Positions 38,611 through 50,054 are shown, counted from the stretch's first letter. The stretch: DNA of 64,000 nucleotides from Candidatus Moraniibacteriota bacterium (GCA_038208115.1 JBBQZC010000001.1:13977-77976), one strand, 5' to 3'. Notes: generated by a model not told the origin, from the sequence alone. Made by a program: numbers and translations.

Positions 38611-40011
38611 CTATTTCTTTTTCATCACATCTGACAAAATAACGTCTGTATCCATTGTAAATACATATTCTTGTATATCCATTCCTGGATTTTTTACACG
38701 CACATTCACTGGAATATTATGCACACCAGATTGCTTTTGAATTTTAAGATCGTATGGATAACTATTTTTCAGATTGATTGGCAAATTATAACGCACAACA
38801 AAATCTTTCTCTGTACCAAGTGGCACGTGTATGAGGCAACCTACATAGCGTTTATCGTATTTTGTACCATATTGTGCTGGCAATACACAATTTGACATAT
38901 CTGTGAACCATGTATCATTTGGTGCATATACACGTACATACGTTTGATAATCATTTGTCTTCCAATCTTTTTGTGTTGCTGTATTGTCATAATGAATCGT
39001 CAATACTGCCTGTGGAATTGTACCAGAAAGATCAATGTCGTAACCAATGCTCCGCTCCACAACATGATCCGTTTTATATGAAGCAAGATTTGCATCCACT
39101 ACCATTATATAATCCTTATTCCACGCAGTATCAACAGCGCCACGCCAATTCACAGCATCCACGAGCTGTGTCATACGCATGTCCGTAAAATATAATTGAA
39201 TATCTTTACTATCAAGCACATATATGAATTGACTCACCAATGTCAGCTTCTCTCGTATTGATAGCGCCTTTGTTCGCTTAACAATCTCTTTTAGTAATTC
39301 ATCCATAATGACCTTACGATCACCCTTTTTAATATCTTGCTCTTTATAACCTTTTTCGACTTGATATTCCAATTTTAAAATTGCATCTCCACTACGATAT
39401 GTGTCTGGAAAACCATCTAAAGTAATCGGTCCTGTCATATTCAATACTGTGTCGAGAACAGTAGCATTTATAGCGATAATACCATCAAATTGTTCCAAAC
39501 CACCACCGAGATGATAAAAATCCTCCGCCACGCGTGCGTTCGTTGCAAAATCAGGCATCCAGTTGCTATCACGCAACTTCCATGCATTGATATTCATCGT
39601 TTCTTTCATCGGATATGGCACATCAAGTGTGTCAGGGATGCGACCATCAAAGTTTGCCGTATCATGCACAGCACTTTCAACCACTATACCGTTCTTCATC
39701 TTAACAATCGCAAAAGAACCGATGTAACCACCGCCAGGACGAAGTTCCATATTGTTTTGCAAGAGGATCATGAATGTACGTTCCGTATCATCCTCTTGAA
39801 GGAGGTAATGTGCCAATTCGAGTGATGTGTCATATTTATCACCCAAGGGTAATACTTTAGACGTATTGTATGCATAACCAATCAATTTTTTAGGATCATT
39901 TTTCACTTGCAAAAAGATATACCATCCTATCAATAAAGGAATAGCAACCACCCAAAATATAATTAATTTTTTAGTTGTATAGTTGTAAGACATAGTATTA
40001 CAATTTACCAT
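38611..40011 (-). CDS. DUF4012-like cell-envelope protein (membrane-anchored)
   Basis: N-terminal TM, then MILLQNNMELRPGGGYIGSFAIV (the LRPxGGxIG motif typical of DUF4012 proteins found near cell-wall glycan loci). Confidence 0.45.
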   Translation of the reverse strand: MVNCNTMSYNYTTKKLIIFWVVAIPLLIGWYIFLQVKNDPKKLIGYAYNTSKVLPLGDKYDTSLELAHYLLQEDDTERTFMILLQNNMELRPGGGYIGSFAIVKMKNGIVVESAVHDTANFDGRIPDTLDVPYPMKETMNINAWKLRDSNWMPDFATNARVAEDFYHLGGGLEQFDGIIAINATVLDTVLNMTGPITLDGFPDTYRSGDAILKLEYQVEKGYKEQDIKKGDRKVIMDELLKEIVKRTKALSIREKLTLVSQFIYVLDSKDIQLYFTDMRMTQLVDAVNWRGAVDTAWNKDYIMVVDANLASYKTDHVVERSIGYDIDLSGTIPQAVLTIHYDNTATQKDWKTNDYQTYVRVYAPNDTWFTDMSNCVLPAQYGTKYDKRYVGCLIHVPLGTEKDFVVRYNLPINLKNSYPYDLKIQKQSGVHNIPVNVRVKNPGMDIQEYVFTMDTDVILSDVMKKK

Positions 40012-40969
40012 TTAATAATTCATTTAATCGTGCCTTCAATTCTTCTTCCGTTGGTTCAGCCGGTGATACATCGATCTGACTATTGATGATATCCGCGTCT
40101 CTCTTTCTAAATCCCAAAGCACTGATATCTACTACAGGCAAATTGCCAGGTATTGTAGGCAGCCCATCTGGGACAGATGTTTTATGTGTTATTGGCGCCA
40201 CTATTTCTTTTTTTTCTTCTTTTAGTGCTACCTCTTGTATCTTTTCTGCTTTTTTAACTTGAGTGACTGATTGTATAGCGGTCGCAACTTCTTTGTGTTC
40301 TTCTTTCTTTTCTTGTGCACGTGGTTTCACATCTTTATCTTCACGCTGCATATATTCCGAGAGAATATTCGGTTGATATTTTTCAAATATTTTTTTTCCA
40401 TCGATAGTATTTTTTTCTGATTTAACGTCTCGCATGAGATCGATCATCTGAAACAATGCCAACACCCCAGCTATTGCACCCATCGCAATAACAATCATTA
40501 ATACATATGGAACAACACCTGCTGAAATTGTCTTTTTTGACTCTTGATCTTTGTGTATGATCTTTACTGATATATCTTTATTGATTGTATAATATTTCTG
40601 TACATTGTTAAAAATTGTATTATATACCTTTGTTTGGATATTGCGCATATTATCTTTTGCGTCCGCATAAATCGCGATGCTAATCATGTCAGTATTGGTA
40701 ATACGCTCAACATGCACATATTGCATTACATTTCCCACCTCATTACTTGATGCAACAGATTCTCTTGCAATATACACGATATTATTTACAATATGATCAA
40801 TATTTGCAAAAACCGTAGGATTTCTTGAATCAATTAACACTGTTGTCTGCATCACATAATCAGCACGAGGAACAATTACAAAGACATACAAAAAAACAGA
40901 AATGATTGCAGCAATAATAAATAATGTATATAATCGTATCATATGTGGGATTTTTTCGAAATAAATCAC
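39998..40969 (-). CDS. Wzz-like polysaccharide chain-length determinant/co-polymerase (tentative)
   Basis: TM1, an about 150-aa extracytoplasmic domain, TM2 (GVVPYVLMIVIAMGAIAGVLALF), then a charged coiled C-terminal tail. Confidence 0.4.
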   Translation of the reverse strand: MIYFEKIPHMIRLYTLFIIAAIISVFLYVFVIVPRADYVMQTTVLIDSRNPTVFANIDHIVNNIVYIARESVASSNEVGNVMQYVHVERITNTDMISIAIYADAKDNMRNIQTKVYNTIFNNVQKYYTINKDISVKIIHKDQESKKTISAGVVPYVLMIVIAMGAIAGVLALFQMIDLMRDVKSEKNTIDGKKIFEKYQPNILSEYMQREDKDVKPRAQEKKEEHKEVATAIQSVTQVKKAEKIQEVALKEEKKEIVAPITHKTSVPDGLPTIPGNLPVVDISALGFRKRDADIINSQIDVSPAEPTEEELKARLNELLNGKL

Positions 40970-41095
40970 AAAAATGCAGTAACAGACTGACTAAACATTC
41001 AATTTCAGTCGTTTCTTGCATAACAGTATATTCTACCAAAAGTTTAAGGTTTTGTCAAGAACCCTATTATTCTTCTAATCATTCTCAAAAATCGC

Positions 41096-41995
41096 ATGTC
41101 ACACATAACAATCAGTTCCTTCTCAGCAAAGTGGATTGATAAACTTGACCGCATAGATTTTGAGCTCATTGTTGCTCATTTTATTGGCAAAGAACGTTCA
41201 TTTGTCATTGCACATCCGGACCACATGATTGCATCTGAAGCACATTCTACATTAACACTTGCATTAAACCAGCGCATGAGTGACATGCCCTTGGCCTATA
41301 TTATTGGAAAAAAAGAATTCTTCGGCAGAGATTTTATCGTTACCAAAGACACGCTCATTCCTCGTCCAGAAACAGAGTTCATCATCACTGATATCATCCA
41401 CAATAAAAATACCATTCCTGCAAAAACGCTCATCGTCGATGTTGGCACAGGTAGTGGCGCTATCATCGTTACTCTTGCAAAAGAGCTAGCTGTTATGAAA
41501 AAAAATATTTCTTTCATTGGATCAGATATTTCACATGAAGCTTTATCCATTGCACGTAAAAATTCAAAGATCCATTTTGTCGACTCATATATTAATTTTT
41601 TTCATTCTGATCTTTTGAGTTATCCACAGTTACATCATGCTCTCAGTTATCCACAACTCACTAAAATTATTTTTACTGCAAATTTACCATACGTTGATGA
41701 AACAATAAAAAATGAGTTACTTCAAAAAAAAGAATCACGCTCGCTCATCCACGAACCACAAATCGCACTTTGGTCAAGTGACCATGGACTTCATCATTAT
41801 CGATTATTGATTGATCAAATTTTTTTACTAAAAAATAAATTACCACAAACGACATGTGAAATATATTGCGAGATCAGCTCCGAACAGAAAGAGATTTTTT
41901 TTACGCTGCTCGCATCCTATCACGTCGCACCAGCGCGCGTCACAATCATAAACGACCTCACAAATCGACCGCGCATCATCCACTTTACGATATGA
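41096..41995 (+). CDS. prmC: Release-factor glutamine N5-methyltransferase
   Basis: LIPRPETE, VDVGTGSGAI (SAM motif I) and NLPY (NPPY variant). Confidence 0.8.
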   Translation: MSHITISSFSAKWIDKLDRIDFELIVAHFIGKERSFVIAHPDHMIASEAHSTLTLALNQRMSDMPLAYIIGKKEFFGRDFIVTKDTLIPRPETEFIITDIIHNKNTIPAKTLIVDVGTGSGAIIVTLAKELAVMKKNISFIGSDISHEALSIARKNSKIHFVDSYINFFHSDLLSYPQLHHALSYPQLTKIIFTANLPYVDETIKNELLQKKESRSLIHEPQIALWSSDHGLHHYRLLIDQIFLLKNKLPQTTCEIYCEISSEQKEIFFTLLASYHVAPARVTIINDLTNRPRIIHFTI

Positions 41996-42321
41996 CGCTA
42001 TATGATCATATGTTAAAAAAGTCCATATAATTAGGGCTTTTTACTCCACAAAACATAAAACTCCAGATATTACTGGAGCTTTATGTTTTATTCGTTTGTA
42101 GACTATACTCGAAGAAATTATTATTTCTTTTTTTTAGCTACTTTTTTTACAACTTTTTTAGCTACTTTTTTCTTTGTTGCTTTTTTTGCTGCCATAGTTA
42201 TTTCACCATCCTTTCTATTTTTAATTTTCTATTTATTCACAAAATATTTTTTATTTAAAAAACATTTTGATTTCTATTTATATTATAAATAATATTTTAT
42301 ATTATATCAACAAATTCAAAA

Positions 42322-42843
42322 TTAGAAAAGAGCAAATCCAAAAATCGCGATCATTATAAATGAAATAAAAATATTTGTGATGACACCAAAAATAAAACCA
42401 ATGATTGTACCCACACTTGCTTTGATCGCAGTGTGTGTTTTTTTGTACTGTAAATATTCTCCAATGAATGTTCCTATAAAAGATCCAATGATCATACCTA
42501 TTATATTTGCAAATATAAAACCACAGATCATACCCAGTACCGCACCGGAAATGCCCACCCAACTCGCACCATATATTTTTGCTCCAAGTACGCCAGCAAT
42601 GATTTCTATAATACTTCCAATCATCATGAACAAACCCGTTATCAAAACAATCGTCACTGTCACCTCCTCAAAATTTGTTGCATAAGCATAAACGACGATG
42701 CCAAACCATATAACGGGTAGACTCGGGATGACTGGCACAAATATACCGAGAATGCCAATAATAAATAATAGTAAAACAAAAATGAGTAAAATGATATGCA
42801 TTGTATTTTTTGATGATTGTATTAATAAAGTGAATCGAAGCAC
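42322..42843 (-). CDS. DUF456-family integral membrane protein
   Basis: ILGIFVPVIPSLPVIWFG...LGAKIYGAS pattern with 4 TM helices. Confidence 0.5.
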   Translation of the reverse strand: MLRFTLLIQSSKNTMHIILLIFVLLLFIIGILGIFVPVIPSLPVIWFGIVVYAYATNFEEVTVTIVLITGLFMMIGSIIEIIAGVLGAKIYGASWVGISGAVLGMICGFIFANIIGMIIGSFIGTFIGEYLQYKKTHTAIKASVGTIIGFIFGVITNIFISFIMIAIFGFALF

Positions 42844-42998
42844 TAAATATATTAGACCAAAAAAACCGCATATTGTCTACGTTGACGCATAATATATTGA
42901 CTGTACAATTAAAAGAGATTTCGTTGTCCGCTCATGGCGGACGGCTTCAACGTAAGCTATTTAACAATTTAAAACTAGAAAGGACGGTGTTATACACA

Positions 42999-43742
42999 AT
43001 GACTGAAGAAAATAATGTTTCAAATTGGATTCAAGACAACCTGCGTATTATTATTAGTATTGGTATTGTTTTGTTACTTGTCTTTGCAATTTACTCCTAT
43101 TCTAAGAGAAATGCACGAACAGGTGTGATCGTTGATGATTCTCAAATAAATGAAGTTGCAATGACTGCAACAAACAATAATGATGAGATTAATCAAATCA
43201 TTGATGAGATCAAAGATGATACAAAACAAGAAATCGCAGTAACGACTACTACTCCTGAACCGGAAGGAAAAGGAGTGGAAGCACCAAAAACGGTTGCTCA
43301 AGAACAACCACCTACAGAAGTGAAAACTGAAGAAGTGCCTGCAGTTGTAGCAGAAGAAAAGTCTGCTAAAACAGATACTGTCCCAGTAAAGGAAGAAACT
43401 GCTAAAGATGTAGTACGTGAAGTAATTGAATCACATACAGAACAGCCGAAGGATGGCGTCATAAAAATTGTTGCTGTACGTGGAGATAGCGCAACAACTC
43501 TAGCTCGTAAGGCGGCTGCTGACTATATTTCCAAAAACAATATTTCGAGCATTACGCCTGCACATAAAATCTATATCGAAGATTATTTGCGCAAAGCTCA
43601 GCAAGCACGACAGATACATCCAGGTACGGAAATGTCATTTACAAATGCAGCAATCGCAGAAGCAGTAGCAAAATCGCAGAATCTCACAGAAAAACAATTA
43701 TCACATCTTGATACATATGCAAAACATGTTTCACAATTATAG
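42999..43742 (+). CDS. Membrane-anchored hypothetical protein
   Basis: Start chosen at MTEENNVS (AAGGACGG SD upstream). One TM, then an E/K/T-rich linker and a conserved-looking C-terminal domain. Confidence 0.45.
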   Translation: MTEENNVSNWIQDNLRIIISIGIVLLLVFAIYSYSKRNARTGVIVDDSQINEVAMTATNNNDEINQIIDEIKDDTKQEIAVTTTTPEPEGKGVEAPKTVAQEQPPTEVKTEEVPAVVAEEKSAKTDTVPVKEETAKDVVREVIESHTEQPKDGVIKIVAVRGDSATTLARKAAADYISKNNISSITPAHKIYIEDYLRKAQQARQIHPGTEMSFTNAAIAEAVAKSQNLTEKQLSHLDTYAKHVSQL

Positions 43743-43899
43743 AGCATGAACCGCACAGTAATTATATTCAGTTTGATGATTAGTTTGTTGCATAGATCAC
43801 TATAAGATGTTCTTTATAAAACAAAAACCTCTGGCAATGTTCCAGAGGTTTTTGTTTTGTATTGGATTATCTCTATAACGTATACAAATGTATGATTTG

Positions 43900-45288
43900 T
43901 TAGTATTTTTTCATTTTTTTCCTGATAAAAGCAGGAATTTCAATATCATTCTCCTCACTGTCTCCTATAATCTTTTTTGCAGACTGCGTGATAGATCGCA
44001 TTTGTGAATTAATTGGCTCGTCAATGATCATTTTGGTTTTCATCGGATTTTGTGATGGAATATCCATATCATTGTTACCCGACGTCTTCATCATGCGCAC
44101 ATCTTGTCCCATATCACTACTACGACGTTGCTTGGAAATATACATATCTTGTTGTCGAGCTGGTTCTTGACGACCCATCTGTGACTCCCTCTCATATTTA
44201 TCATCGTCTTCCTCTTCCTGCATGTATTTGCTGACAGGAGGATTTTTAACTTCATTGATAAATCCGCGACCATGCACTGCTGAGTCGTCTTTTCTTGCTT
44301 CCAACATACTCTCACTCTCATATGGTTCATCATTAAATCCTGTAGCGATTACAGTGATTTGAATTTCACCTTTTGGCAAGTTATCATCGATAACCGTACC
44401 AAAGATAATCCGTGCATCTGGATCGACTGATTCTGTGATAACATTTGATGCTTCTTCCACTTCAAACATCGTAATATCACTACTGCCTGTAATATTGAAC
44501 AATACTCTCTTTGCACCATCAATTGACAAATCAAGGAGCGGACTATTCACTGCAGCTCTTGCGGCTTCCTGTGCACGATTTTCGCCTGTTGCAATACCAA
44601 TTCCCATAAGCGCATCGCCACTGTTTGACATAGTCGTTTCCACATCTTTGAAATCAACGTTCACGCTCTCTGAACTACTGTTACAAATAATATCTGAAAT
44701 ACCTTGTACACCTTGTCTGAGAACATCATCCACAATGCGAAATGAATTTACAAGACTCGTTTTTTTATCGATAATTGATAAAATTTTATCATTTTGTATT
44801 GAGATAATCGTATCAACTCTTTTTTTGAGAGCAGCCAAACCTTCTTCAGCAATCGCACGACGGCGTGATCCTTCAAATGAAAATGGTTTTGTCACGACTG
44901 CAACCGTCAATATACCGAGTTCTTTTGCTGTTTCTGCAACCACTGGTGCAGCACCCGTCCCAGTACCACCACCAAGACCACATGTCACAAAAACCATATC
45001 AGCACCTTTAAGCACATTTTGAATTTCTTCACGACTCTCCTCTGCTGCTTGTCTACCTACTTCCGGATTCATTCCTGCACCCAATCCTTTTGTGAGACTT
45101 TTTCCAATATGAACTTTTTCTTCTGCTTTAGAATGATGCAGTGCTTGTGTGTCAGTATTAATTGCAACAAATTCTACACCTTTAAGATCTGCATCGATCA
45201 TACGAGAAATTGCATTACCTCCACCACCTCCAACACCAATCACCTTAATCCGTGAAAATGTTTCAATATCAGTTTTTACTTCTGCCAT
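43900..45288 (-). CDS. ftsZ: Cell division GTPase FtsZ
   Basis: [19 protein letters not shown] and [13 protein letters not shown] (T7 loop). Start taken at MAEVKTD; the ORF-track N-terminal extension is unlikely. It has a long C-terminal tail. Confidence 0.9.
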   Translation of the reverse strand: MAEVKTDIETFSRIKVIGVGGGGGNAISRMIDADLKGVEFVAINTDTQALHHSKAEEKVHIGKSLTKGLGAGMNPEVGRQAAEESREEIQNVLKGADMVFVTCGLGGGTGTGAAPVVAETAKELGILTVAVVTKPFSFEGSRRRAIAEEGLAALKKRVDTIISIQNDKILSIIDKKTSLVNSFRIVDDVLRQGVQGISDIICNSSSESVNVDFKDVETTMSNSGDALMGIGIATGENRAQEAARAAVNSPLLDLSIDGAKRVLFNITGSSDITMFEVEEASNVITESVDPDARIIFGTVIDDNLPKGEIQITVIATGFNDEPYESESMLEARKDDSAVHGRGFINEVKNPPVSKYMQEEEDDDKYERESQMGRQEPARQQDMYISKQRRSSDMGQDVRMMKTSGNNDMDIPSQNPMKTKMIIDEPINSQMRSITQSAKKIIGDSEENDIEIPAFIRKKMKKY

Positions 45289-45401
45289 AACATTAATTAT
45301 AGTAGTTAAATAATATAAAAGAATTATTAATACCCTACAGTTTTTTACTGTACCACGCTCAGAAGACAAATGTCAATACGACTATTTTTACAGATAATCT
45401 A

Positions 45402-46643
45402 TTACGGCAAAAAACGACCTATCGTGCCACGGATTTTATCTGTCATCTTCTTTATGTTACCAATGGTACCTTGTCCAAAACGTGGACCGCTCGCATGTGA
45501 CCCATGTAACGCCCATAAAAGCAAACCAATTACCGTTGCATATGAAGAATCATCGACATGATCCACTACACCGAGAAGGTTTGCTGGTTGTCCAATCGAT
45601 ACAGGTAAACGTAATTTTTGTTTTGCAAAATCTATAATATGTGGCAAATGTGCACCACCACCCGTTAGCACAGCTCCTGCTGGCAATAGCTGATCTTTAC
45701 CGATTTTTTCGAGTTCATTAATGACAAGATCAAATATTTCATCAAGTCGCGCTTCAATGATCTCTAATACATGTGTATGATACACAAGATCTTTTTCTCG
45801 TTCATCAATATGAGAAAGATCGATCATACTTTTTTTATCTACGCTATCAATATCAGCACTCCCAAATTCAAATTTCACACGCTCAGCGATATCAATTTCT
45901 GTTCGTAATCCGATTGCAATGTCGTATGTGATAAAATCAGATCCAACTGGCAATACTGCTGTATGAATCAATTCTCCCTCTTCGTACACTGCAACAGATG
46001 TTGTACTTGCACCAAGATTGACTAGTACAACCCCCAATTCTTTTTGTTTTTTGGTTAATGTTGATTCAGCAGCTGCGAGAGGTTCAATAATAAAATCATC
46101 AATAGCTATGTCAGCTCGATCCATTGCGCCAGTAAGATTTTTTACATGATTGCTCGGTGCTTCAACAATAACTGCATCCACTTCCAAACGTACACCACGC
46201 AAACCAACAGGATCTTTGATATCTCTCTGATCATCCAGGCGGAAAGATCGAGGGATAACATGTATAACCTCATTATTGGATGGGATGGAAATCGCTTGTG
46301 CCGCATCGATCACTCGCACGACATCATCTTCATTTACTTCACCATCTGCTCTACCGATTGCTATCACACCTTGTGTTTCTTTCACAACAATACCAGCGCC
46401 ACCAATACTCACAATTGCATTTTTTACTCTCTCACCACTCATCTGCTCAGCACGCTCCACAGCAGCAGAAATCGTATCAGCCGCATCATTGATATCCACA
46501 ACCGCTCCGCGGCGCATCCCACTTGCTGGAACAATACCCGCACCCAAAACACGCACTTGACCATCCTCTAAAGAAACATCGGCAATCACACAGCGAACTG
46601 TGGATGACCCAAGATCAATACTTGTAATAATATTTGTTTTCAT
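45402..46643 (-). CDS. ftsA: Cell division protein FtsA
   Basis: Actin-like ATPase blocks (IDLGSSTVRC, VLVNLGASTTSVAVY, LTGGGAHL) immediately upstream of ftsZ. Confidence 0.9.
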   Translation of the reverse strand: MKTNIITSIDLGSSTVRCVIADVSLEDGQVRVLGAGIVPASGMRRGAVVDINDAADTISAAVERAEQMSGERVKNAIVSIGGAGIVVKETQGVIAIGRADGEVNEDDVVRVIDAAQAISIPSNNEVIHVIPRSFRLDDQRDIKDPVGLRGVRLEVDAVIVEAPSNHVKNLTGAMDRADIAIDDFIIEPLAAAESTLTKKQKELGVVLVNLGASTTSVAVYEEGELIHTAVLPVGSDFITYDIAIGLRTEIDIAERVKFEFGSADIDSVDKKSMIDLSHIDEREKDLVYHTHVLEIIEARLDEIFDLVINELEKIGKDQLLPAGAVLTGGGAHLPHIIDFAKQKLRLPVSIGQPANLLGVVDHVDDSSYATVIGLLLWALHGSHASGPRFGQGTIGNIKKMTDKIRGTIGRFLP

Positions 46644-46655
46644 ACGATGACTCTA

Positions 46656-47021
46656 TTATCTTATTGACGCAATCAGTAGTGGCAGAAAAATGATTACTCC
46701 TACAATGCTTGCCCCCAAACTCAACACAAGAACTGATGCTGCAGAGACATCTTTGATTACTCCTGCATACGGATGTTGTCGTGGTTTTAATATATCTACA
46801 ACACGCTCAATTGCTGTGTTCATCAATTCTATCATAAAAACCAAAAAAATCATTGTCATGATTACCGCTACTTGAAGTAATGACGCACGTAGCACATAAA
46901 GAGCACATGTAACAATGATCGCAACATAAACCTCGACACGAAAATTTCGCTCATTCTTAAAGGCATATATCAAACCTCTCCCAGCTGCTTTTGCACTTCG
47001 TGCAATCGTATATCCTTTCAT
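46656..47021 (-). CDS. dgkA: Diacylglycerol kinase family (DgkA/undecaprenol kinase)
   Basis: 121 aa, 3 TM, with NERNFR...E..N.A.E motifs. Confidence 0.7.
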   Translation of the reverse strand: MKGYTIARSAKAAGRGLIYAFKNERNFRVEVYVAIIVTCALYVLRASLLQVAVIMTMIFLVFMIELMNTAIERVVDILKPRQHPYAGVIKDVSAASVLVLSLGASIVGVIIFLPLLIASIR

Positions 47022-47485
47022 ATGTTATTTTTTGTACAAAATTCTTTACTTATTATTTCCTGCATATAAAACATTTCTTGTCCATGTTGAAATCCTAGCA
47101 AATGTAGTATACCATGAACAAACACTAAATAAAACTCTTCTGAAATAGATATTTTTCTCTCTTGCGCAGATTCTACTATATAATTATAACATAGAATAAT
47201 TTCTCCTAAGAAAACTTCATTTTTTGTCTCTCGTGAAATGTCCTGATCATCACTATAATCACCTATGGAAATCACATCTGTAGTTTGGTTCTTGCCACGC
47301 AACAACTGATTAACTCTCTGAATCTCTTTTTCATCGACTATTGCAACACTGATCGTTATATTGTGGACATCACTGCTGATTTTTTTTGCTGCGACTATTG
47401 TACGCATCGCGATATCATGCAATGACTCCTTACTAAACTGATCATAGATACCAGCATTTAATTCAACGATTACACTCATATACAC
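47018..47485 (-). CDS. ybeY: rRNA maturation endoribonuclease YbeY
   Basis: HGILHLLGFQH zinc-binding motif. Confidence 0.8.
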   Translation of the reverse strand: MYMSVIVELNAGIYDQFSKESLHDIAMRTIVAAKKISSDVHNITISVAIVDEKEIQRVNQLLRGKNQTTDVISIGDYSDDQDISRETKNEVFLGEIILCYNYIVESAQERKISISEEFYLVFVHGILHLLGFQHGQEMFYMQEIISKEFCTKNNI

Positions 47486-47502
47486 GTAAAAACGAGATTA
47501 GC

Positions 47503-47955
47503 TTAGACCAAAATTTCATTTACAACCTGACGCACTGTATTGCCATCTGAGGCATCTCCAATCTCTTGCATCACAATTCCCATGACCTTGCCCATATCAG
47601 CCTTAGATGTCACCCCAAGACTCTCCACAGCCTTTTTGACAATCACTCGGACATCATCTATGCTCATTTGCTGTGGAAGATATTTTTCTATAATAGTGAT
47701 TTCGGTTTCTTCTTTGCTTGCGAGATCTTCCCTGCTACCAGCACGAAACTGCAACGCGCTGTCTTTTCGTTGTTTTATGGCGCGTTTGATCAAAATAACT
47801 GTATGCATGTCATCCAATCCTGTCTCACGTTTTTTTTGTGCGATTTCTTCGTTTTTGATCATACTGTCAATCGTACGTAATGTGTCTCTGCTCGTTGTAT
47901 CCCCTGCCTTCATCGCAATTTTCAAGTCTTCAATAATTTTTTCTCGCAATAACAT
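47503..47955 (-). CDS. GatB/YqeY-domain protein
   Basis: LKIAMKAGD...ILIKRAIKQRKDS...DMGKVMGIVMQEIG pattern. Start taken at MLLREKI. Confidence 0.7.
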   Translation of the reverse strand: MLLREKIIEDLKIAMKAGDTTSRDTLRTIDSMIKNEEIAQKKRETGLDDMHTVILIKRAIKQRKDSALQFRAGSREDLASKEETEITIIEKYLPQQMSIDDVRVIVKKAVESLGVTSKADMGKVMGIVMQEIGDASDGNTVRQVVNEILV

Positions 47956-48044
47956 ATTTTTGTATTGAATAATAAAATATAAATAGTATTCATGCACAAT
48001 TTAGTTATTGCATTGTGCATAGAACTCGCTACATTCAACGATCA

Positions 48045-48302
48045 TTATTTTTTGATCTTCTTTTTCAATTCTTTGAAAGAATCTTCGTCAAACCGACCAA
48101 GTTTTTTCAATTTATTTACTTCTTTGCGCATCTTTGTCTTATAGAGAGCTTCTTGTCGACGTTCTGTCTTGCTCTTATCATCTGCAGCAAAACGATTCTT
48201 TCGAACATGCATTAAAACGCCACTTTGTTGCACTCGTCGTGTAAAGCGTTTAATAAGGTTTTCAGTTGTCTCGCGATCATTTTTCTTATATACGTAAACC
48301 AT
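48045..48302 (-). CDS. rpsU: 30S ribosomal protein S21
   Basis: Small basic protein. LIKRFTRRVQQSGVLMHVRKNRF aligns with the S21 core. Confidence 0.65.
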   Translation of the reverse strand: MVYVYKKNDRETTENLIKRFTRRVQQSGVLMHVRKNRFAADDKSKTERRQEALYKTKMRKEVNKLKKLGRFDEDSFKELKKKIKK

Positions 48303-48385
48303 GAGGTCACACTCCTTTCTAAATTTTCCACAAATGTGGACGACAGAATTTACATGAAATACCCATATAAACTCTACATCTTCAT

Positions 48386-48739
48386 TTATGTCATTGGATG
48401 AATATTCTCAGACAACAGAGCCCCGCCGATTATGTGTAAGTGTATATGTGGAACTTCTTGCCCACCATGTTTCCCCGTTCTGATCAATAATTTATATCCA
48501 TCATCAGCAATATGATAATCCTTTGCGATCTGCACTGCAGCAATAAACATCTCAGCAATAACAGGTGCATGTTCTGTGTCGATGTCATTCATCGAAACAA
48601 TATGTTTGCGGGGAACAATTAAAAAATGCACTGGTGCTATAGGATGAATATCTGCAAAAGCAACTACCGTAGCAGACTCATATGCCATTTTTGTTGGAAC
48701 TACTCCATTACTTATATTGCAAAATATACAGTTATTCAT
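48386..48739 (-). CDS. HIT-family (histidine triad) hydrolase
   Basis: HIHLHIIGG histidine triad. Confidence 0.8.
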   Translation of the reverse strand: MNNCIFCNISNGVVPTKMAYESATVVAFADIHPIAPVHFLIVPRKHIVSMNDIDTEHAPVIAEMFIAAVQIAKDYHIADDGYKLLIRTGKHGGQEVPHIHLHIIGGALLSENIHPMT

Positions 48740-48749
48740 ATTAACACAG

Positions 48750-50054
48750 TTATTTTGAATTCACAAGTTTTGACGATTCTTTCAAGTTCTTTTTGACAAA
48801 ATTTACAATTTTTCTCTGTGCAACAGTCTCTTGCGTACCTGTAAGCATGTTTTTGACAATCACTGTCTCATCCAATGCCTCTTGTTGACCGATGATAAGC
48901 GTAAGTTCTACACCGAGCTTATTTGCATGACGTAATTGTGTTTTGAGACTACCACGACCAAAGCTCTCGGCAACTAAAATACCCGATTGTTCAATATCAG
49001 CAAATAATCGCAAACTCTTTTTCTTTGCAAGTTCTCCCAATTGTGCCAAAAATACACGCGGCTGCGGTGATTGGTATTTTTTTGCTTTTACGCGCTTCAT
49101 TTCCATAACCAATCGATCAATGCCAAAAGCAAATCCGATAACAGGCGTAGGTTCACCGCCAAACATTTCTACTAAACCATCAAATCGTCCACCACCACCC
49201 AATGAATGACCTTTACCATCTCCATCACTTGCATAAATCTCAAAAACTGTTCGTGTATAATAATCCAATCCTCGTACGAGTTGCGGATTGATTGTGTATG
49301 GCAAATCTAACTCATCAAGATATTCCAAAAGATTTTTGAAGTGATCACGAGAATCTTTATCTAAATGATCAATAGATTGCGGTGCTCCTGCACATACCTG
49401 CATACATTTATCATCCTTTGCATCAAATATGCGTAATGGGTTTGTTTCAATCATATCTCTAAATCGCGCAGGCAATTTTGCTTTTTTGGAACGAAAATAT
49501 GCCTTTAAAAGTTTTAAATAATCCTTACGTGATTCTGTCGTGCCAATTGAGTTTACATAAAATTGTACATTGTTAATACCAAGGCTCTTTAATACACGAT
49601 GTGCAATTTGCATAACTTGCGCATCCAAGATTGGGTCATCCTCTCCAAAAATATTGAATTCTGTCTGATAAAATTCACGATAACGCCCTTCTTGTGGTCG
49701 ATCATAGCGATATACAGGTCCAAGCGAAAACAATTTGATAGGCTTCGGAAGAATGGACATGCCATGTTGGATATACGCACGACAAATTGACGCTGTCATC
49801 TCAGGACGTAGCGCGACTTGATCACCACCCTTTGTACGAAAAGTATACATTTCCTTATCTACAATATCCGTACCTTCTCCAATTGGACGTGCAAAAATAT
49901 TTTCAAACTCCACAAGCGGCGTGTCTATACGTGAAAAGCCATATTCAATTGATCTTTTTTCAAGCACTTTGCGAATTTGCTGCCAATATGGCTGATCACC
50001 CGGAAGAATATCACGCATACCACGTACGGTCTGTATTACCAATTCTTCTTGCAT
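48750..50054 (-). CDS. hisS: Histidyl-tRNA synthetase
   Basis: VRGMRDILPGD (motif 1 region), FRTKGGDQVALRPEMTAS, FRYDRPQEGRYREFYQ (motif 2) and GGGRFDGL (motif 3). Start taken at MQEELVI. Confidence 0.85.
   Translation of the reverse strand: MQEELVIQTVRGMRDILPGDQPYWQQIRKVLEKRSIEYGFSRIDTPLVEFENIFARPIGEGTDIVDKEMYTFRTKGGDQVALRPEMTASICRAYIQHGMSILPKPIKLFSLGPVYRYDRPQEGRYREFYQTEFNIFGEDDPILDAQVMQIAHRVLKSLGINNVQFYVNSIGTTESRKDYLKLLKAYFRSKKAKLPARFRDMIETNPLRIFDAKDDKCMQVCAGAPQSIDHLDKDSRDHFKNLLEYLDELDLPYTINPQLVRGLDYYTRTVFEIYASDGDGKGHSLGGGGRFDGLVEMFGGEPTPVIGFAFGIDRLVMEMKRVKAKKYQSPQPRVFLAQLGELAKKKSLRLFADIEQSGILVAESFGRGSLKTQLRHANKLGVELTLIIGQQEALDETVIVKNMLTGTQETVAQRKIVNFVKKNLKESSKLVNSK

Noticed and set aside
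42083-42292. 69-aa Phe-rich plus-strand ORF
   Set aside because: - Low-complexity poly-F translation of the antisense of a K-codon-rich stretch.
- No plausible expression signals.
43900-45369. N-terminal 27-aa extension of the FtsZ ORF ([27 protein letters not shown])
   Set aside because: - Conserved FtsZ begins at [11 protein letters not shown].
- The extension is hydrophobic junk, so the later start is preferred.
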